Source: Candidatus Dadabacteria bacterium
Lineage (GTDB): Bacteria > Desulfobacterota_D > UBA1144 > Nemesobacterales > Nemesobacteraceae
DNA: 64,000 nt
Reading direction: 5' to 3'
Assembly: GCA_951812945.1 (NCBI GenBank)
Contig: CATOTB010000006.1
Location: forward strand, 77,335 to 141,334
Notes under the pieces: generated by a model
Databases searched by the model: none
Seen by the model: only the letters and a program-made list of their open reading frames with translations
Told to the model about the DNA's origin: nothing
Program-made: the position numbers and the translations under genes
Shown here: positions 57,705-64,000 of the stretch, in pieces
How positions within the stretch are numbered: the stretch's first letter is position 1
Layout: each line of letters starts with the position of its first letter

Positions 57705-58643
57705 ATGCGAAAGAACTTTGACGCGATAATGATGATCGGATACGGCGCCCCTGAGAGAAAGCAAGATATAATGCCCTTTCTCAGAAACGTGGCGAGCGGA
57801 AGACCGATACCTGAAGGCAGGCTGCGGGAAGTTGCCCATCATTACGAAATCTTCGACGGAAAATCTCCGCTGAACGAGTTTACGTACAGACAGGCTCAAA
57901 AACTTGAGAAGCTTCTTTCAGTGTGGGGATACAATCTTCCCGTTTACGTTGGAATGAGAAACTGGCATCCGTTCATCAAGGATTCTCTTGAGCGCATGCG
58001 GGACGAGGGGGTGAAAAATCTTATAGGTCTCATAATGGCTGTTTATCGCTCCGACGCAAGCTGGGAGAGGTACATGAGGGATGTAAGCGATGCTTGCGAG
58101 GATCTCAAGATGGAACTTCATGTGGAATATGTTCCTCCGCTTTTCAATCATCCTCTTTTCATAGAGGGTTCTGCGGCCAAGGTGATGGAGCGAATGCGCG
58201 ATATTCCCGAGGGCAGACTCGATACCACCATGCTTGTGTTTACGGCTCACAGCATTCCCAAGAGGATGTCGGATTCATCCCCTTATGCTTTACAGTTTGA
58301 AACTTCCGCCATGCTGGTGGCGGACAGAGCGGGGCACAAAAAATGGATGATTGCCTATCAGAGCAGGAGTGGCTCTCCGAACGAGAAGTGGCTTGAACCG
58401 GACGTATGCGACGTGATAGGGAACCTTGCTGACCGGGGCTTTACGGATATTGTGATTCAGCCGATAGGGTTTGTGTGCGATCATGTAGAGGTGCTTTTCG
58501 ATATAGGTGTTGAGGCAAGCGAAGCCGCGCGCGAGTGCGGGGTGAACCTTTACAGGGCCGAAACCGTAAACGATGATGACCGCTACATAAAGGCCTTGGG
58601 TGACGGGGTGCAGAGGCTCATTGATTCAGAAAACTCCCAGTAA
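57705..58643 (+). CDS. hemH: Ferrochelatase / coproporphyrin ferrochelatase
   Basis: 312 aa, ferrochelatase family including a conserved metal-binding His. Confidence 0.9.
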   Translation: MRKNFDAIMMIGYGAPERKQDIMPFLRNVASGRPIPEGRLREVAHHYEIFDGKSPLNEFTYRQAQKLEKLLSVWGYNLPVYVGMRNWHPFIKDSLERMRDEGVKNLIGLIMAVYRSDASWERYMRDVSDACEDLKMELHVEYVPPLFNHPLFIEGSAAKVMERMRDIPEGRLDTTMLVFTAHSIPKRMSDSSPYALQFETSAMLVADRAGHKKWMIAYQSRSGSPNEKWLEPDVCDVIGNLADRGFTDIVIQPIGFVCDHVEVLFDIGVEASEAARECGVNLYRAETVNDDDRYIKALGDGVQRLIDSENSQ

Positions 58644-58661
58644 TAAGTAAGATAGTCTGGT

Positions 58662-60059
58662 ATGAAAGTCGCGATTGTCGGCGCGGGAATTTCGGGTCTT
58701 TCCTCAGCCCACTACCTGAGAAAGCTTTGCTGGGAAGGGGGTGTCCCCCTTGAGCTTGTTCTTTTCGAGTCCTCCGTGTGTCCGGGCGGGGTCTTCGATA
58801 CTGTAAAAAAAGAGGACATGATTCTTGAACTCGGACCCGACTCCTTTATAACCTCAAAACCTTGGGCGCTTGATCTTGCAAGAGAGCTCGGACTTGGGAA
58901 TTCGCTTGTCGGGGTCGGTTACGGCCGCGAAAAAAACACGTTCGTCTATTACGGTGGGGAACTTCGGTCACTTCCCGAAGGTTTTTTCCTCATGGCTCCC
59001 TCAAGGCTTCTCCCGTTCCTGCGCAGCCGACTGTTCAGTGCCGGTGCCAAGCTCAGAGTGCTTTTTGAACCCTTAGTTCCGCGAGGCGGCAGAGAGGACG
59101 AAAGCATCCGTTCTTTTGTAGAGAGGAGATTTGGAAGGGAGATCTTCGACAAGGCCGCGCAGCCTCTTCTTGGCGGGATCTATATGGCCGACCCTGAGAA
59201 ACTGAGTCTTTCGGCCACCATGCCGCAGTTCCTTGAGATGGAGCGGCGAAGCGGAAGCGTCCTTTGGGACCTTCTTCGAAATCCTCCCACGTCCCGGGGG
59301 GAAAGCGGGGCCAGGTACGGTCTTTTCCTTACTCCGTTGGAGGGAATGTCCGTTATTATAGAAAGGCTTTGCGCAAGCGCCGAATTTGCTAGGCAGGATT
59401 TTGAAACCCCAGTCCTTTCCCTTAAGAAATCAGAAAAGAGATGGCTTGTCGGCTCCGAACGCGGAGAAGAAGAATTTGACGCCGTGGTTCTGTCCACCCG
59501 CGCCGATACGGCGGGGCAGTTGCTTTCGAATGTGGATCCGCAGCTTGGAGTGAGGCTCTCGGGCGTGCATTATGTTTCTTCTGTTGTTGCGACTCTTGTT
59601 TTTGAGGAAAAGGATTTCCGCGGTCTTCCAGAGGGCTTGGGGATCATAATCCCTTCCGCGGAGAAGATGAACCTTGTGGCGTGTTCGCTTTACAGCAGCA
59701 AATTTCCCGGGAAATGCGGGAGCGGAAAAGTGGTGATCAGGTGTTTTTTGGGAGGGGAGCTTAACCCCGAGGCCGCACTTTGGGATGAGGAAAAGATAAA
59801 AGCGGTTTTGAAGGAAGAACTTGCGCAAATCTTCGGATTTGATAACCATCCGACGGAGATTTATATCAGGAAATATCCGATGTCCATGCCGCGCTTTGCG
59901 CTAGGACATAGAGAGGAGATTTCGAGGGCTATGCATAGACTTTCACGCCACTCGGGGCTTGCTCTTTGCGGATCGGCTTACCATGGCGTCGGAATCCCGG
60001 ACTGCGCACGCTCGGGAGACCTTGCCGCCAGGAAAATTTACGCGGATATGGCACGTTGA
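58662..60059 (+). CDS. hemY: HemY-type protoporphyrinogen/coproporphyrinogen III oxidase
   Basis: 465 aa. N-terminal FAD dinucleotide-binding MKVAIVGAGISGLSSA. Confidence 0.8.
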   Translation: MKVAIVGAGISGLSSAHYLRKLCWEGGVPLELVLFESSVCPGGVFDTVKKEDMILELGPDSFITSKPWALDLARELGLGNSLVGVGYGREKNTFVYYGGELRSLPEGFFLMAPSRLLPFLRSRLFSAGAKLRVLFEPLVPRGGREDESIRSFVERRFGREIFDKAAQPLLGGIYMADPEKLSLSATMPQFLEMERRSGSVLWDLLRNPPTSRGESGARYGLFLTPLEGMSVIIERLCASAEFARQDFETPVLSLKKSEKRWLVGSERGEEEFDAVVLSTRADTAGQLLSNVDPQLGVRLSGVHYVSSVVATLVFEEKDFRGLPEGLGIIIPSAEKMNLVACSLYSSKFPGKCGSGKVVIRCFLGGELNPEAALWDEEKIKAVLKEELAQIFGFDNHPTEIYIRKYPMSMPRFALGHREEISRAMHRLSRHSGLALCGSAYHGVGIPDCARSGDLAARKIYADMAR

Positions 60060-60339
60060 GTGTTGAGAGGACGGAAACGGGGAAGAAGATGTTCTCGGGA
60101 TTATATTCCGGTTTCCTAAGAGTTTTACGCCGGGTAATAACGCAGGTTCTCCTCTCTGGTCAAGGAATTGTGATTGCAAAAGTACTTTGATCAAATGAAA
60201 AAGATGGTTCGATCACTTTTTCTTTATGCTAAGAGCGACAACCGGGGGCTGGCATAATTTGTCTAATTATGTATGTAAGTCTCTTTGTTTTCATATTCAC
60301 AAAATTTTTTCTTGTGTAATAATTAGTCCGATGATTACT

Positions 60340-60411
60340 GCCGATGTAGCTCAGTGGTAGAGCAGCTCACTCGTAATGAGCAGGTCAGGGGTTCGAATCC
60401 CCTCGTCGGCT
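60340..60411 (+). tRNA. tRNA-Thr (anticodon CGU)
   Basis: Hand-folded cloverleaf. 7-bp acceptor stem (GCCGATG/CGTCGGC, with one G-U pair), D arm GCTC/GAGC, anticodon stem GCTCA/TGAGC, loop CTCGTAA, T arm AGGGG-TTCGAAT-CCCCT. No CCA encoded. Confidence 0.85.
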
Positions 60412-60459
60412 GTATGTAACTTCGGTTCCACCTCGGCGACTAACTGCGTGATACAGCTA

Positions 60460-62154
60460 ATGGCGAGTCTTTTATCAAAGGAACGTATCGTTAGAGGTCC
60501 GGAATTCAACCGCTGGCTGGCTGTGCCTCCGTCTATTGCGGTTCACCTGTGCATTGGCTCCGTTTACGCCTGGAGCATATATAATCCCGCGTTAATTGAG
60601 GTACTTGGCGTTGCCACTAGTGCGGGGGACGACTGGACTCTGCGCCAGGTAGTGTGGATATTCAGCGTCGCGATCGCGTTCACTGGGCTTACGGCGGCGT
60701 TTGCCGGCAAATGGGTTGAGAAGGTGGGACCACGCATGGTCTGCGTGATGGCGGCGTGTTTTTGGGGTGGTGGCTACATGCTCAGCAGTCTCGGTGTTAC
60801 TTTGCATCAACTGTGGCTGATTTATCTGGGTTACGGCGTAATCGGCGGTATTGGTCTGGGTCTTGGTTATGTTTCTCCGGTCAGCAATTTAATTCGCTGG
60901 TTTCCGGACCGCCGCGGCTTGGCTGCCGGAATGGCGATCATGGGCTTCGGTGGTGGGGCGATGATCGCGGTGCCGCTTAAGGAATTCTTCCTCCAGTACT
61001 TTTACAAGGTGCCTCAATACTTGGGGACGGTCGACGCTGTCGATATGATCACTCATTCAGGCCGGCGCTTTGTTGAAGTCGGCGGTCAGCTCAAAGAGGT
61101 TGTCGTCGCGGGGGCTGTCGAGGCAGCACACGTGCTGGCGCCCGGAACCGAAGCGGCCGGGGTGTATGTAGTTGGCACCGGTTCCGCGGGAGTTGCCCAG
61201 ACCTTCCTTTTCTTCGGAGTGGTCTATTTTCTTGTGATAATGGTTTCGGCGTTTTTATATCGTGTCCCGGTTCCGGGGTATAAACCGCAGGGATGGGAAC
61301 CGCCGTCCGGCAAGGATTCTAGCAAGCGAATGATCAGTCAGAAAGATGTGCATATCGATCAGGCGTTAAAAACACCTCAGTTCTACCAGGTGTGGGTCGT
61401 ACTGTGCCTTAACGTTACAGCCGGCATCGGGATTATCAGTGTCGCCAAGACAATGATGACCGAGATATTCAGTAGCGCGCTTCCGGATATTGTTGACGTC
61501 ACTTTTGCCGCCACTTACGTCTTGATGATCGGCATGTTCAACATGCTGGGGCGCATTATGTGGGCGAGCGCCTCTGATAAACTAGGGCGACGCAATACGT
61601 GTTCGATATTTTGCGCGGCCGGTTTTTTGTTGTATTTGTCCATTCCCGTGGCCGCCCATCAAGTGAGTCTTGATCCTTCGATTTTCTGGCTGTTAATGTT
61701 TTACGCGGCGACGATGATAATTTTTACTTTCTATGGAGGTGTCTTCGCTACCGTTCCGGCATATCTTGCCGACCTGTTCGGTACTCGTTACGTCGGCGGC
61801 ATCTATGGACGTTTGCTGACCGCTTGGAGCGTCGCCGGAGTGCTCGGCCCCTTGGCGGTCACCTCGCTTAGAGATCGTTCGCTTATGACCGAAATCAATC
61901 GCCTCGCCGAAACGGTATCACCGCAACAATTCGTCAAGACTTTCGGAGCCGGAGTCAACGACCTCGAGATACTCGTGCAAAATAAAACCGTAACGCTCGC
62001 GAAACTCATGGATATCGCGCCTGAGGGGACAGTAGACCCGACGGCTTCTCTGTACAACTCGACGATGTATGTGATGGCAGCGTTATTAGTAATCGCTTTG
62101 ATAAGCAATCTCCTGATAAAACCGGTTCACGAAAAACATCACGTAAAGGACTGA
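60460..62154 (+). CDS. MFS transporter, oxalate/formate antiporter (OFA) family
   Basis: ~564 aa from MASLLSKERIV... 12-TM MFS with the OFA-type N-terminal pattern LAVPPSIAVHLCIGSVYAWSIY. GC noticeably higher than its flanks. Confidence 0.7.
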   Translation: MASLLSKERIVRGPEFNRWLAVPPSIAVHLCIGSVYAWSIYNPALIEVLGVATSAGDDWTLRQVVWIFSVAIAFTGLTAAFAGKWVEKVGPRMVCVMAACFWGGGYMLSSLGVTLHQLWLIYLGYGVIGGIGLGLGYVSPVSNLIRWFPDRRGLAAGMAIMGFGGGAMIAVPLKEFFLQYFYKVPQYLGTVDAVDMITHSGRRFVEVGGQLKEVVVAGAVEAAHVLAPGTEAAGVYVVGTGSAGVAQTFLFFGVVYFLVIMVSAFLYRVPVPGYKPQGWEPPSGKDSSKRMISQKDVHIDQALKTPQFYQVWVVLCLNVTAGIGIISVAKTMMTEIFSSALPDIVDVTFAATYVLMIGMFNMLGRIMWASASDKLGRRNTCSIFCAAGFLLYLSIPVAAHQVSLDPSIFWLLMFYAATMIIFTFYGGVFATVPAYLADLFGTRYVGGIYGRLLTAWSVAGVLGPLAVTSLRDRSLMTEINRLAETVSPQQFVKTFGAGVNDLEILVQNKTVTLAKLMDIAPEGTVDPTASLYNSTMYVMAALLVIALISNLLIKPVHEKHHVKD

Positions 62155-62238
62155 TGTTGGTTGGCTTTTTTTCGGATTTGCGTCCCGCCAGTTTCGCGGA
62201 GAAACTGCTTGGGCTGGAAACGAACGCAGCATACAGCG

Positions 62239-63471
62239 TCAGCGGAAGATTTTCGCAAAGTACTCCCTGAATTCGCTGCTGCTAAGGTTGGTCTGTTCAG
62301 AGAGCTTTTTAAGGGTCGCGGGTGTTTCGATGTCCTCGCGTTTTAACTTGATCATGTATTTCTGCGAAACCTCGTAGGCTTCTGTGTTCTTGTCAACATA
62401 TCTTACTTTAATACTGTTTGTCTTCTTATCTATTAATTCGTGAAACGGAATCGCCTGCATTTTCCCCGTTCTTACGTATACAAGAGATCCGTCTCCTTTT
62501 CCGTCTAGCAGGTACTTGACGGCACAGTATCCGAGCTTTCGAGTATAGTCGACGTCAAACGGAATCGGACTGGCCGAGCGCATTTCATAGCCAAGTCTCT
62601 TGTGTACCAGTTCCACTTTAACTCTTTTTTCGGAGAGTTTCTCGGCAAGAGTGTTTTTCAGAAGCTGACCGAAGTTGACGTCAACGTATCTTATTCTTCC
62701 CATGTTGTCCTTGTCCATAAGTCCCAAGTCAACGGGGTCTATCTTGTCAAGCATCCCTTCTGCGAGTATGGCTACTCCGTATTCTCTCCCCATGCTCATT
62801 CTTTTTATTATGGAGCCCTCAAGAATGGCTATGACCTCATCAAGCGGTACTTTCTCCTTCTTAAAATCCTCTGGGATTATCGTTATTGTAGCCCCGGCGG
62901 ACTGCCCGATTCCAAGAGCCAGATTGCCTGTCTTCCTGCCCATGGTTATAATCAGAAACCACCTGCCTGTAGTTTTTGCCTCTTCCATTATGTTATTCAT
63001 TATCTTCGCTCCCACATCCCTTGCGGTCTCGAATCCGAAGGTTGAGATGTAGTCGGGGAGGGCGATATTGTTATCTATGGTCTTGGGCAGGTGCGCTATT
63101 TTTAATCTTCCCTCGAAGTGCTCGTAAAGGGTTTTTGCGAGAAACATTGTTCCGTCGCCGCCTATGGTTATCAGGTTTCCTATTCCGAGTTTTTCAATCG
63201 AGGAAACCGTGTTTTTAAAGGCTTCCTCGGTAGCAAGGGGACTTTGTCTTGATATTCCGATAATCGAGCCGCCGGTTGTATGAATCCTAGAAGTGTTCTG
63301 GATATCAAGATTCAGGACCTTCGACGTGTCTCCCATGGAGATCCACTTAAACCCGTCAATGATGCCGATTACTTTCCTTCCTCTGTTTGTGGCTTCGATA
63401 GTCGCCGAGCTTATCACGCCGTTTATCCCCGGCGCGGGTCCTCCGGCTGCTATTATCCCTAAGTTGTCCAT
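62239..63471 (-). CDS. pfk: 6-phosphofructokinase (ATP- or PPi-dependent family)
   Basis: 410 aa. GGPAPGINGVI and TIGGDGT PFK motifs. Confidence 0.85.
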   Translation of the reverse strand: MDNLGIIAAGGPAPGINGVISSATIEATNRGRKVIGIIDGFKWISMGDTSKVLNLDIQNTSRIHTTGGSIIGISRQSPLATEEAFKNTVSSIEKLGIGNLITIGGDGTMFLAKTLYEHFEGRLKIAHLPKTIDNNIALPDYISTFGFETARDVGAKIMNNIMEEAKTTGRWFLIITMGRKTGNLALGIGQSAGATITIIPEDFKKEKVPLDEVIAILEGSIIKRMSMGREYGVAILAEGMLDKIDPVDLGLMDKDNMGRIRYVDVNFGQLLKNTLAEKLSEKRVKVELVHKRLGYEMRSASPIPFDVDYTRKLGYCAVKYLLDGKGDGSLVYVRTGKMQAIPFHELIDKKTNSIKVRYVDKNTEAYEVSQKYMIKLKREDIETPATLKKLSEQTNLSSSEFREYFAKIFR

Positions 63472-63478
63472 TGTCTTG

Positions 63479-64000
63479 CTAGTCTTCTCCGTACCATCCG
63501 GTTCCGTAACCGGCTTTGTATTTCTTGCTGCGGTATCCCCGTGTGTAAAGAAAACCGCTTCCGGCTATGGCTCCGCAGGCAAATCCTGCCAAGTGCGCCC
63601 ACAGCCCCTCGGTTCCCGCGTCACCAATATAGCCGATTCCGGTGAGAAACTGAACGGCAAACCAGAAAATTATGAACAGATAGGCTCTTATGCGTACAAA
63701 GTAGACAAACACCAGGACTATTAGAAGCGTAAGGATCTTTGATCTCGGGAAAAAAAGCATGTACGCGCCCAGAACTCCGGAGATCGCACCGCTTGCCCCT
63801 ATTACTGGAATTGGGGAGTGGGAGTTTAGAGTCACCTGGATAAATACGGCTACCAGTCCGCACACAAGATAGAAAAGCAGGTATCTTGCGTGGCCGAGCA
63901 GGTCCTCGATCCCGTTTCCGAATATATAGAGGAAAATCAGGTTTCCGACTAGGTGAAGCCAGTTTTCATGGATGAACATGGAACTGAAATATTTTGCCGT
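63479..64000 (-). CDS. Rhomboid family intramembrane serine protease, partial (N-terminus lies beyond the window)
   Basis: GASGAISGVLGAYM (the GxSG catalytic Ser motif) and a downstream His in AHLAGFACGAIAG. The ORF runs off the window end. Confidence 0.7.
   Translation of the reverse strand, partial: TAKYFSSMFIHENWLHLVGNLIFLYIFGNGIEDLLGHARYLLFYLVCGLVAVFIQVTLNSHSPIPVIGASGAISGVLGAYMLFFPRSKILTLLIVLVFVYFVRIRAYLFIIFWFAVQFLTGIGYIGDAGTEGLWAHLAGFACGAIAGSGFLYTRGYRSKKYKAGYGTGWYGED

Noticed and set aside
62155-62240. Possible att-like repeat of the tRNA-Thr 3' end downstream of the MFS gene
   Set aside because: Looked for ggttcgaatcccctcgtcggct-like sequence. Not found by eye.
1-64000. CRISPR arrays, rRNA genes, IS elements, integrases and transposases
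   Set aside because: No regularly spaced short repeats, no rRNA-like stretches, and no ORF with integrase or transposase motifs were found on either strand.

Overview
The window is a 64 kb chromosomal segment of a diderm bacterium. LolA, an OprO/P-like porin, ExbB/ExbD and MltD are present, and the core genes have moderate GC (estimated by eye at about 48-50%). Most of the window is ordinary housekeeping: nuoD (3' end), ftsK, nuoN, a mec+/cysM/tusA-like cluster, purQS, parAB, pgpA, cinA-recA, tsaB, an ALS-like TPP enzyme, priA, glnE, carD, nuoF, gatB, ddl, lysA, a heme block (hemD-hemE fusion, hemH, hemY), one tRNA-Thr(CGU), a PPi-type PFK and a rhomboid protease. The exception is positions ~331-15500, which are visibly GC-rich (estimated 60-65%) with GC-biased codon use and look like a horizontally acquired island. 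Its main cargo is a 3457-aa type I polyketide synthase (5106..15479, minus strand). Its domain order is KS-AT-DH-cMT-ER-KR-ACP followed by a second KS and a degenerate AT. That order matches fungal highly-reducing iterative PKS and is unusual in bacteria. A stand-alone ACP, an Sfp-type phosphopantetheinyl transferase and an alpha/beta hydrolase follow in the same operon. A convergent NCS2/SulP-fold permease with an unusual C-terminal cytoplasmic domain sits at the island edge. The island abuts the 3' end of nuoD. A Phd/YefM-VapC toxin-antitoxin module there is bracketed by a 28-nt exact duplication of the nuoD 3' end. A second, analogous structure occurs at pgpA: an imperfect ~108 bp duplication of the pgpA 3' end brackets a 1.1 kb AT-rich insert carrying a lipoprotein gene, and a vapBC module lies next to it. 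Other accessory features are a zeta-toxin-like P-loop kinase with a small partner ORF, tandem Ogg2-type DNA glycosylase paralogs, and a higher-GC OFA-family MFS transporter immediately 3' of the tRNA. No CRISPR array, rRNA, integrase or transposase was recognised. All functional calls are by eye from motifs and carry no database support.
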